The notes under the pieces were generated by a model that was given only the letters and a program-made list of their open reading frames with translations, did not search any database and was not told the origin of the DNA. This document shows, in pieces, positions 34,072 through 42,051 of a DNA stretch of 52,695 bases. How positions within the stretch are numbered: the stretch's first letter is position 1; each line of letters begins with the position of its first letter. Position numbers and translations under genes: made by a program. This stretch comes from a virus: IMG/VR virus record IMGVR_UViG_3300047994_000145; one strand, written 5' to 3'.

Positions 34072-35318
34072 TAAAAGAGCTTTACACAGATTCAAATGAA
34101 TATATGAAGGATGTCGTTTATAAAGAGAATCCTTTCTTTGCTTTAGTGCCTAAGAATGAGTCTCCGGACGGCTTTGCTGGTAAGTATATACCAGTCCCAA
34201 TCGAATTCGGAGCACCCCAAGGGCGTGACCATACGTTCGCTCTTGCTCAGAGTCAACAGACTCCTACTAACTTAGCGTCTTTCTTCGTGTATGTGGTTCA
34301 GGACTACCAATTAGTCACGATCACCAACTTGTTGATGGAACAGACTAAGTCAAATGCCGGAGCTTTCGTCGATGAAGCTAAATTACAGCTCGACGGTGGA
34401 TTCAGAACTTTGACCAACAATATCGCATTTGAATTGTTCGGAGACGGTTCGGGAACACGTGGTTTCATCGCATCAGCATCTAGCCCATCCGTTGGTGTAT
34501 ACGCTATCGTGTTACAGAACGTTCAACAAATTGTTAACTTCGAACCAGGAATGACGCTGATCAACTACGTGTACGCTGGTGGGGTTATTTCTAATATCAG
34601 TGCTACAACTGGATTTGTCCAGAAAGTTGACCGTGCCAACGGTATCGTTACTATCCTCACTTCAAGTGGCGGTGCTGATTCCTCATGGGCAGCTGCTGGA
34701 AACGCCCTGGGAGTCAATGGTGATATCGTTCTAGGAACAGTGAGCACTGGATCGGCTTTAGCATTGTCAGGACTAGCTGCTTGGATTCCAATAGCAAGTC
34801 CTGCTGCTAACGACAATTTCTGGGGAGTTAACAGAAGCCAAGACCCAACTCGTTTGGCTGGGTTACGCTACAATGCTCAGAACTACACGATTGAAGAAGG
34901 GATTACAAACGCCCTTGCATTCATCAACCGTGAAGGTGGACGACCAGATCTCTGTATCATGGACTTTGCATCTTATGCTGCTCTTGTAAACAGCTTAGGA
35001 GCTAAAGTTCAATATGTTCAAGTAGACCATGACGAAGTTGAAGTTGCCTTCCAAGGTATCACCTTCCAATCGGCATACGGACGTATCACGGTACTTGCTG
35101 ACCGCTCTTGCCCTCCACAGACTGCTTATATCTTAACGATGAGCACCTGGAAACTTCGCTCCTTAGGTAAAATACCGCACATTTTGACCTACGGAATGGA
35201 AGGGTTAGAGGGATTACGAGTTGGAAATGCTGACGCCTTAGAAATTCGCATCGCATACTATGGAAATTTAGTGTGCTCAGCCCCAGGTTGGAATTGCGTA
35301 GTACAATTAAGCGCTTAA
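34072..35318 (+). CDS. Major capsid protein, exon 2. An alternative unspliced start would be the ATG at 34104.
   Basis: The frame is open from 34065. The ATG at 34104 has no SD. The joined product is 429 aa. A strong terminator follows. The capsid call rests on position and size. Confidence 0.65.
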
Positions 35319-35353
35319 GTCATTTTTTCATAAAAAAATACACATAACAATCG

Positions 35354-35391
35354 AGGCCACTTAGTCGAAAGATTAGGTGGCCTTTTTTTTT
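35354..35391 (+). terminator. Rho-independent terminator after the capsid gene
   Basis: 13-bp stem (two G-U pairs), GAAA tetraloop, T9 tract. Confidence 0.85.
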
Positions 35392-35393
35392 AT

Positions 35394-35421
35394 TTGACAC
35401 AATACGATCGTGTTGTGTCAA
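35394..35421. promoter_or_regulatory. 28-bp near-perfect palindrome TTGACACAATACGA|TCGTGTTGTGTCAA (candidate operator)
   Basis: 13 of 14 positions are symmetric. It lies between the terminator and the next promoter. Confidence 0.45.
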
Positions 35422-35431
35422 TAAAATAACA

Positions 35432-35460
35432 TTGACTTAGATATTACACCGGTGTAACCT
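35432..35460 (+). promoter_or_regulatory. Sigma70-type promoter (TTGACT-17 nt-TAACCT)
   Basis: 16 nt upstream of the lipoprotein gene, which has an SD. Confidence 0.5.
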
Positions 35461-35476
35461 GATTGTAGGAGCTTAC

Positions 35477-35947
35477 ATGAAAAAACTATTATTATTGCCT
35501 TTTATTTTTACGGCCTGTGGGACTTATGATGCAAGCATACCGAATAGGCTAATCTCCCCTCACAAGCCTATGCCTTCTCCAAGCCCCGTGGCGCCTCTTT
35601 CTTGCACAGTTAAGCAATTAGCCCAGGGTGCACAAATAATGTGCCCTGACGGCTCTGTGGCCCTTATAACAGATGGTACCAACGGTATAAACGGAACAGA
35701 TGGTATCAACGGTACCAATGGAACAGATGCAACCCCGGTGACGACGGTTCAATTCTGCCCAGGCACCCCTACCTACCCTTCAACCTTCCCTGAGTTTGGA
35801 ATAATCATAAGTGGCGTGATGTACGGTGTGTACAGCCAAAATGGTGGTTTCTTAGCGCAGTTGCCTCCTGGTAAATATTACAGCAATGGTATCGGAAGTA
35901 CCTGTAATTTTACCATAAATCCAGATCTAACTATAACTCAAGATTGA
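35477..35947 (+). CDS. Lipoprotein with a short collagen-like G-x-x repeat
   Basis: MKKLLLLPFIFTAC lipobox; DGTNGINGTDGINGTNGTD. Confidence 0.7.
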   Translation: MKKLLLLPFIFTACGTYDASIPNRLISPHKPMPSPSPVAPLSCTVKQLAQGAQIMCPDGSVALITDGTNGINGTDGINGTNGTDATPVTTVQFCPGTPTYPSTFPEFGIIISGVMYGVYSQNGGFLAQLPPGKYYSNGIGSTCNFTINPDLTITQD

Positions 35948-35952
35948 GAATG

Positions 35953-35981
35953 TTGACAAAAGATTTTTGATGTGGTAGGTT
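35953..35981 (+). promoter_or_regulatory. Sigma70-type promoter (TTGACA-17 nt-TAGGTT, with TGg extended -10)
   Basis: Lies ahead of 36002, which has an AGGAGGAAG SD. Confidence 0.5.
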
Positions 35982-36001
35982 TAATATAGGAGGAAGCTAA
36001 A

Positions 36002-36202
36002 ATGGATTATTTTAAAGGCTCTACCGTGACTTATATGAACGAAACATGCTTGGTATTAGACTATGACGAAAACAGTAAAACATTTGAGCTATTCAACATG
36101 TACACCGGTGAGATGTACAGAAAAATTCCGTCAACCTCAGTAGCATTGTGTACCAAGTTAAAAAAGGAGGAATTAAATGAAAACAGCATTAAATATCAAT
36201 GA
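36002..36202 (+). CDS. Hypothetical protein (66 aa)
   Basis: Strong RBS. Confidence 0.55.
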   Translation: MDYFKGSTVTYMNETCLVLDYDENSKTFELFNMYTGEMYRKIPSTSVALCTKLKKEELNENSIKYQ

Positions 36203-36398
36203 CTTAATAATGTTTGATAAAATAGTCTATAAATTTTATTATGAAGATAATCAAGGTGAAGATTTAGTTTTTAGTATGCCAGCTTATAATGACCAACTTA
36301 TCATGTTGTCTAAGAAGTCTTTTGATATCTTATGCGCTAACGGTAAGATAAACCGTCTTGAGAAAATTGGAGGAGCATATGAATTCAGAACGACCTAA
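36177..36398 (+). CDS. Hypothetical protein (73 aa)
   Basis: AAGGAGGA RBS. Confidence 0.55.
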   Translation: MKTALNINDLIMFDKIVYKFYYEDNQGEDLVFSMPAYNDQLIMLSKKSFDILCANGKINRLEKIGGAYEFRTT

Positions 36399-36657
36399 AG
36401 ATGCAGGACTAGAAGTAACAAAATTCTACAATGTAACTATTTTTGAAAAATCTAAATCTTCTAAAGCATTTGAGAAATGGTTTAAAACTATATTTTCAGT
36501 ACAACATCCTGATATATCTAAAGATTTTTTAGTGTTCTGGGAAGTGGATAAAGAAGATGGAGAAGACTATTTGCACTTTATTTCTAACAACATATTTTTT
36601 AACACACAACAGCTTATCATTCTCTTTGTAGATGATATGAACAGCTCTGCTAATTGA
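36379..36657 (+). CDS. Hypothetical protein (92 aa)
   Basis: GGAGGAG RBS before the internal Met. Confidence 0.5.
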   Translation: MNSERPKDAGLEVTKFYNVTIFEKSKSSKAFEKWFKTIFSVQHPDISKDFLVFWEVDKEDGEDYLHFISNNIFFNTQQLIILFVDDMNSSAN

Positions 36658-36668
36658 AAGGAAGTTAT

Positions 36669-36875
36669 ATGAACGTTCCTCCCATAAGGTCTGGTAGTGA
36701 CTATAGTGCTCAAGATAACGTAGTGATATTGGAAAGCAACCTTAAAGCTATGGCCTTTAAACACAACACCACGGTGAAATCTTTGATAGAAGACGCACAA
36801 GCTGCTACCGACCCTACCCCCGACCAAGCGAGAGTACTCAAGATGGCAGAAAGATTAGCTAGATTAACTAATTAG
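36669..36875 (+). CDS. Hypothetical protein (68 aa)
   Basis: AAGGAAG RBS before the internal Met. Confidence 0.5.
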   Translation: MNVPPIRSGSDYSAQDNVVILESNLKAMAFKHNTTVKSLIEDAQAATDPTPDQARVLKMAERLARLTN

Positions 36876-36883
36876 AGTAAATG

Positions 36884-36912
36884 TTGACTTTACATCTCTA
36901 CTGCGGTATTCT
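36884..36912 (+). promoter_or_regulatory. Sigma70-type promoter (TTGACT-17 nt-TATTCT)
   Basis: Lies ahead of 36936, which has a GGAGTGAGAGG SD. Confidence 0.5.
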
Positions 36913-36935
36913 GTACTTAGGAGTGAGAGGTGTTT

Positions 36936-37121
36936 ATGAACTTTCTAAGAGTGCTTGTAAAAATAGGAATTCATGGGAAGAAACACAAAGAATCCTTGGT
37001 GTTTTTAAACGTCAAAAAATACACAGATAAGAAAGAAAACAGAGAAAAACAACTAATAGCTTTCATGAACGACAATGGCATAGGTGCTCTTAGAATAAAA
37101 GACTGTGAAAGGGGGAGCTGA
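36936..37121 (+). CDS. Hypothetical basic protein (61 aa)
   Basis: RBS plus ATG. Confidence 0.5.
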   Translation: MNFLRVLVKIGIHGKKHKESLVFLNVKKYTDKKENREKQLIAFMNDNGIGALRIKDCERGS

Positions 37122-37122
37122 T

Positions 37123-37203
37123 ATGCATACCATAGTCGTTGTTTATTTAGTTTGGCTGATAGTTTCAACCTATTATAAAAACAAAGGACAGTCAAATCTA
37201 TGA
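37123..37203 (+). CDS. Mini membrane peptide (26 aa)
   Basis: GGGGAG RBS; hydrophobic core VVVYLVWLIV. Confidence 0.3.
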   Translation: MHTIVVVYLVWLIVSTYYKNKGQSNL

Positions 37204-37505
37204 ACAAATATAATGTAGGAGACAAATTTAGATACAAGTCTGAAAAAACCATTGAAATCACTGGTATGGATGACTTGTGTCCAGAAAGTACCTTATATGT
37301 GTTAAATGATTACATAGAAGGTCCGTTCTTTAACTATTATAAGGCATCCCCGGATTACATTAAAGAATTAGTAGACTCCGGTGTTTTAGTGCCAGAGCAA
37401 TCAACTAAAATTGTCAATAAGCACCAAGGGCATGAAATTGTTGATAATGTTGCACTAAACAAAGTTTTTAAATACTGCAGAGACTGCAAGGAAGAAGTAA
37501 CATGA
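37200..37505 (+). CDS. Hypothetical protein (101 aa)
   Basis: ORF track; C-terminal CRDC pair. Confidence 0.55.
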   Translation: MNKYNVGDKFRYKSEKTIEITGMDDLCPESTLYVLNDYIEGPFFNYYKASPDYIKELVDSGVLVPEQSTKIVNKHQGHEIVDNVALNKVFKYCRDCKEEVT

Positions 37506-37702
37506 ACAAGCTTTTTACATTGTCAACGCCTATATACACTCTTTCAATAAGACACACCTTGAAATTGTTAGATTTTGTTTGGCACCTTAAATGCAATAAG
37601 TATAAGTCAAGAGGGGCCACGGGTCATGCCTGGCTTAAATGATGCTTGCGACGACACCCGTCGGCAAGTGAGCACGCCCTCACAGATTAATTAGGAGGAC
37701 TT

Positions 37703-37903
37703 ATGACTTACCGAGTGGATAAGCTTTTAGACAAAAATAAGACAGTGACCATGGGATACATAATAATTAACAACGAGACGAGAGAGATACAATCATGCTG
37801 GAAAACGGTTCAGGAAGCAAATGGCGCCGTAAGTATCCTGAACTCTTATGTGAGGAAACAAAAAGCACCACAGAAGAAATATGTTAATAACCTGAAAGGC
37901 TAA
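37703..37903 (+). CDS. Hypothetical protein (66 aa)
   Basis: AGGAGGA RBS. Confidence 0.55.
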   Translation: MTYRVDKLLDKNKTVTMGYIIINNETREIQSCWKTVQEANGAVSILNSYVRKQKAPQKKYVNNLKG

Positions 37904-37914
37904 AAGGAGGATCT

Positions 37915-38181
37915 ATGTGTGACCGAGAATTCGACTACCACAATTATCCGGTGAATACCAAGGCAGGCGACAAGTGCCATTGCGGGTTGTATACGCTAAG
38001 TCATCAAGGTAAATCAGTACTCAGTTCAGAGTATATAGCACCACCTGTGACAGAACCACAGCAGGTCAAATACCCTATATACGACTCACCAGCTGCCCAG
38101 AAGGCAAGGTTGGCAAACTCAAACTGGCTTGCTGCTGTAAATAGACAGAAATTCAGGTTGATCATAGGAGGTAAGCAATGA
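37915..38181 (+). CDS. Hypothetical protein (88 aa)
   Basis: AAGGAGGA RBS. Confidence 0.55.
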   Translation: MCDREFDYHNYPVNTKAGDKCHCGLYTLSHQGKSVLSSEYIAPPVTEPQQVKYPIYDSPAAQKARLANSNWLAAVNRQKFRLIIGGKQ

Positions 38182-38327
38182 AATTCGTAATGAGGGAATA
38201 CCAAAAAGAAGCGTTTGAGAAGATAATGGATGTATACGAGAAAAATCCCAAGGACATGAGAGCTGTATATCAAGCTCCTACTGGGTCAGGAAAGACACTC
38301 TCAAGTATTAAGGACAAATCATCATGA
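38178..38327 (+). pseudogene. N-terminal stub (49 aa) of a superfamily 2 (DEAD or type III restriction res-like) helicase
   Basis: MKFVMREYQKEAFEKI...YQAPTGSGKTL (Q-motif-like segment plus Walker A), then a stop after 9 more codons. Confidence 0.55.
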
Positions 38328-38361
38328 TGTTGTTTTCCTTGATTATTTCTCGTTTTTCAAT

Positions 38362-38682
38362 ATGAATGTTGTAGGAGATATTGAGGCCTTTATTAATAAT
38401 AACAACATATTACATAAAGGAAAGCCTTTTATATTTGCAATAACGCTGGCTAAAAGCATGAGAGGCCAAACAGAAGATATGTTAAATTACATGAACACCG
38501 TGGTTGCGGATGGCAATCAAAAGCGGGTGGCTAACACTTTAGAAGAAGTAGAGGATGCACTGTGTAGTGTTTTAATTGATGCAAACCCAAGCCTAGGAAT
38601 AGAGTACCTCGTTAAGAAAGAGTATAAAGCTCAAAGAAATTCAATACCTATGTACTTTTTGATGTTTAAGCTCATGAAGTAA
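38362..38682 (+). CDS. Hypothetical protein (106 aa)
   Basis: ORF track only; no SD. Confidence 0.4.
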   Translation: MNVVGDIEAFINNNNILHKGKPFIFAITLAKSMRGQTEDMLNYMNTVVADGNQKRVANTLEEVEDALCSVLIDANPSLGIEYLVKKEYKAQRNSIPMYFLMFKLMK

Positions 38683-38698
38683 AAGACTGTATACCGTG
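38682..38698 (+). promoter_or_regulatory. Degenerate copy of the late 17-mer (AAAGACTGTATACCGTG, 14/17)
   Basis: Starts at the last base of the upstream stop codon; followed by the hairpin 38704-38726; precedes the tail gene block. Confidence 0.45.
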
Positions 38699-38787
38699 TA
38701 CGAGAGACCAATTCGATCTCTCGTCCTGAAGACCTTGCCGATTGCGTGGAACAGGACTATCAAATCGGCGTTAAAGGAAAACGGTAT

Positions 38788-39498
38788 ATGGCTAATCGAA
38801 ACTACCCCTCCAGTAGGGTATTTAGTGGACACATAATGGCAGTTGAACTCGACTGCAACTTTGTTGTGGACAGTGCAAATGGAAACGGCCTTGGGATTCG
38901 TAATCTTAAAGGGCCTTTCATTCAGAACGTGTTCATGCACACTTCAGCATCACCAGGAATCGGGAACTCAAACCCACAGACTCCCGGTCAGATTATAACT
39001 AACCCAAACCCAGCCCCAGGAACAATCATCGTTCAGCTTCAAGATAACTACAATAGAATTTTATCAGGATCAAATTCTATCGTGTCAGCTTTAGGATCAA
39101 ACCTCAAGGTTGATAGCGCTGATGCAGCGTTAACCCCAGGGGTTGGATATGTTATCACCATCCTAGGAGATGCGACAGCCGCTGATTGGATCGCTTTAGG
39201 CGTACCAGCTGGTATAGTGCCCGCTGTAGGCGTTGCTTTCATCGCTAAAGTTTCAGGTTCAGGCATAGCTTCTGTTTCAAGAGTAGCCCCAAGCATTGCT
39301 TCTTCACCAGTAGGGAGCATTGAAATCCTTGGAGATTCTAATCAAGCTTTAGGACCTTCTATCTCTCAGCAAGGGTTTGGAGCTCAAATTATTCTCCAAT
39401 GCCGACAAGGGGGGTCAATCGCAACCCCGTCTGATGGGTCAGTCATCAGTCTGCAATTCTTGCTCAGCAACAGCAGCATTTTGATTCAAGGCGAATAA
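38788..39498 (+). CDS. Virion structural protein (236 aa)
   Basis: AAGGA RBS before the internal Met; Gly/Ser/Ala/Ile-rich; first gene of the tail block. Confidence 0.55.
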   Translation: MANRNYPSSRVFSGHIMAVELDCNFVVDSANGNGLGIRNLKGPFIQNVFMHTSASPGIGNSNPQTPGQIITNPNPAPGTIIVQLQDNYNRILSGSNSIVSALGSNLKVDSADAALTPGVGYVITILGDATAADWIALGVPAGIVPAVGVAFIAKVSGSGIASVSRVAPSIASSPVGSIEILGDSNQALGPSISQQGFGAQIILQCRQGGSIATPSDGSVISLQFLLSNSSILIQGE

Positions 39499-39564
39499 TA
39501 AGCCTATCTAAGGGCAGATTAAGGCTCTGGGCTGTGCGACTCGGTCCTCAATAAAGGATTTAAG

Positions 39565-40626
39565 ATGAGTGTTCCTGGAATCATTCAAAATTTCTATTTG
39601 CAGCAAGGCAACCGGCAAGTTTACTTGTCATGGGACATCCTTGCTGGAGCAACCAGCTATCAGATTCAAAGGTCAACTGACGGAGTTAACTTCTCTAACT
39701 ACGCAACTTCAATCACAAATAACTACTTAGACGCCGTTGTAACCATAGGCGTTCAATATTACTACCAAGTAGCCGGTGTAGATTCCTCAGGAACTGGTTT
39801 ATTTACTCAGTATCAGTCAGTAATACCGACACCAACTGCTGAGATGAGCCTAGGTCAACTGAGATACCTAGCACAGGCCAGAGCAGACCGATTAGGATCA
39901 AATTTCGTAACACTTCCTGAATGGAACCAGTTTATCAATCAGGCAATGTTCGAGTTATACGATATGCTTGTGACTGTAGATGAAGAATACTTCGTTGCAA
40001 CCCCAGCTCAATTTTCGACCAACTCGTCCAATACCAACCAATCCTACTTCTACCCGCTTCCAGATGGGCAAATCTCCTTTAGCAATGGCATCACCGGTTC
40101 AGCTGGTTATATAGCTCCTCCTTTCTATAAACTCAAAGGTGTAGATCTTGCATTAAACACAGCTAACAACGCATGGGTTACAGTAAATAAGTTTAACTTC
40201 ATGGATCGTAACCGATTCGTATACCCAAATACAGCATCAACCATATACGGGGTGTTTAACCTGCAATATAGGCTTCTAGGCAACCAGATAGAATTCATAC
40301 CAACCCCATCGGCTAACCAGAACATAAGAATCTGGTACATCCCTAGGCTAAACCAGCTGTTACAAGACACAGATATAACTTCAGTGGGCATCTCAGGATG
40401 GCTGCAATACGTAATAGTAAGAGCCGCTAAATACGCATTAGACAAAGAAGAATCTGATACAACTAAATTAGACGAAGAGCTGGTGTTCCTTAAACAACGT
40501 ATCGAATCTACATCTGTCAATCGTGACACAGGTATGCCAGACAGAATTACAGATGTTAGGCAGAATGGGGACTGGGGATCTATGAGCGGTGGATATGGCT
40601 GGAACGGACCCGTGGGTGGTTTCTGA
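39565..40626 (+). CDS. Structural protein with an N-terminal fibronectin type III-like domain
   Basis: YLSWDILAGATSYQIQRSTDGVNFSNY...YYYQVAGVDSSGTG is an FN3-like pattern. Confidence 0.6.
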   Translation: MSVPGIIQNFYLQQGNRQVYLSWDILAGATSYQIQRSTDGVNFSNYATSITNNYLDAVVTIGVQYYYQVAGVDSSGTGLFTQYQSVIPTPTAEMSLGQLRYLAQARADRLGSNFVTLPEWNQFINQAMFELYDMLVTVDEEYFVATPAQFSTNSSNTNQSYFYPLPDGQISFSNGITGSAGYIAPPFYKLKGVDLALNTANNAWVTVNKFNFMDRNRFVYPNTASTIYGVFNLQYRLLGNQIEFIPTPSANQNIRIWYIPRLNQLLQDTDITSVGISGWLQYVIVRAAKYALDKEESDTTKLDEELVFLKQRIESTSVNRDTGMPDRITDVRQNGDWGSMSGGYGWNGPVGGF

Positions 40627-40922
40627 TGAGTCTACCGTATTTTCAAAGCACTATCAGAGAATTCACCATGCTAGAGACACAATGGAAATCACAGCTTGAT
40701 CCGATCATTGCTAATCCAATGACCGATCCGTTGATCCTTAAGAACATCAGTGTAACATCTGGAAGTAACGTAATAAATCATAAACTTGGTAAAACACAAC
40801 AAGGTTGGTTTATAGTAGACATAAATGCACCGGTGACCCTATATAGATCCCAACCGTTTAACGACTTGACTTTAACCCTTGTAAGTAGCGGCCCAGCTGT
40901 AATCAGCTTGGCTGTATTTTAG
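40626..40922 (+). CDS. Hypothetical structural protein (98 aa)
   Basis: ATGA overlap with the upstream gene. Confidence 0.5.
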   Translation: MSLPYFQSTIREFTMLETQWKSQLDPIIANPMTDPLILKNISVTSGSNVINHKLGKTQQGWFIVDINAPVTLYRSQPFNDLTLTLVSSGPAVISLAVF

Positions 40923-40929
40923 GTGAAAT

Positions 40930-42042
40930 ATGGCTTATACAACGTCTCCAAACATGAACCTGATAATTCCCGGTGTAGGTACAGAATCAGGACCCCAATA
41001 TGCAACAGAGATTAACAATTCTCTGAGTATCATCGACGGTCACACACATACCGCTGGCTCAGGGGTGCAGATAACACCATCGGCTATCAACATTAACTCT
41101 AACCTAACGATGAACAGTAATGCTTTAACTTCATCATCTTATCTTAATCTAAGTGCTCAATCAGTAGCACCCTCATCATTTCTAAGCCTATATGCATCAG
41201 GTAGAGAACTCTACTTCGAAGATGGAGTAGGCAACCAGGTGCAGATAACCAACGCAGGAACAGTTAACGTTGTCTCCTCCGGTATTTCTAGCGGAACTGC
41301 AACAGCTTCTTTTGTTTCAGGCGTGTTAGTGGTAGATTCTAATACAAACACTCCAGCGAATATCAAAGCGGGTTCAATCCTGATGGGCAACATTGTGGCA
41401 AACTCACCTTATTTGACCCTTCAGCCCCCAACCTTAAGCTCCAACTACACCCTGACACTGCCTACAATACCGGCTCAGACCAACGTAATGACTCTTGACA
41501 GCAGTGGAAACATGGGTAGCACTACCTACGATGCTGTTGGTCAGAATATGACCTCAGTAGGTGCAAACGCAATAGAATCATCCAGAACGATGGCTAACGG
41601 CCCATCCCCCGGTGTAAATGGATTCGCTATAGCAGGACCTTTCACTATTACAGCTAGTAGCAGTACTCCTGTTCAAGTACCTGAATTAACAGTAACTTTA
41701 GTAACTTCAGGGCGACCTGTGTTTGTTGGATTGATCGGACAGAACACGTCAACTGCTTATGTTGAAATTAACACTTCTAATGCTCTTACTACCGTCTACC
41801 CATACATAGAGTTTGTTAGAGATATTACTACTGGATTCTACCAAAATGTAATATCCTTAGCGTTTGCACCATCATTTGCCGCCTCTCCGGGTTATGCAAG
41901 ATTACCAGCATCAGCATTCTCAGTGTTCGATATAGTAAATGCTGGGACACATGTGTACACAGTGACGATAGCCGCATCAAATGCCCCTCCTTCGTCAACA
42001 TTATCCCTGGTGAATTGCTACTTGGTCGCATACGAGCTATAA
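40930..42042 (+). CDS. Tail fibre or spike-like protein (370 aa)
   Basis: N-terminus MAYTTSPNMNLIIPGVG...IDGHTHTAGSG; Ser/Thr/Asn-rich remainder. Confidence 0.55.
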   Translation: MAYTTSPNMNLIIPGVGTESGPQYATEINNSLSIIDGHTHTAGSGVQITPSAININSNLTMNSNALTSSSYLNLSAQSVAPSSFLSLYASGRELYFEDGVGNQVQITNAGTVNVVSSGISSGTATASFVSGVLVVDSNTNTPANIKAGSILMGNIVANSPYLTLQPPTLSSNYTLTLPTIPAQTNVMTLDSSGNMGSTTYDAVGQNMTSVGANAIESSRTMANGPSPGVNGFAIAGPFTITASSSTPVQVPELTVTLVTSGRPVFVGLIGQNTSTAYVEINTSNALTTVYPYIEFVRDITTGFYQNVISLAFAPSFAASPGYARLPASAFSVFDIVNAGTHVYTVTIAASNAPPSSTLSLVNCYLVAYEL

Positions 42043-42051
42043 AAGGACTTT

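Noticed and set aside
33258-34080. The intron splicing the scaffold ORF directly to the capsid ORF (a delta-domain-like fusion); both ORFs share a reading frame modulo 3
   Set aside because: The only in-frame acceptor that follows a G is at 34079/34080, and no guide-sequence complementarity to that junction was found. The 33434/34072 junction has 11 contiguous P1+P10 pairs.
34098-34104. An alternative 3' splice site after G34098 (CAAATG, td-like)
   Set aside because: Joining any U-terminated exon 1 there would create TAA in the capsid frame. No P10 pairing is available either.
37600-37690. A GC-rich hairpin (37645-37668, 9 bp) and flanking GAGGG/CCCTC pairing upstream of 37703, considered as a riboswitch. 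GGGTCATGCCTGGC vaguely recalls the ZTP motif.
   Set aside because: The 3' half of the ZTP consensus is absent. Much of the segment can be read as the end of a small ORF (37502..37642), and the hairpin then acts as a simple intergenic stem. The evidence is insufficient.
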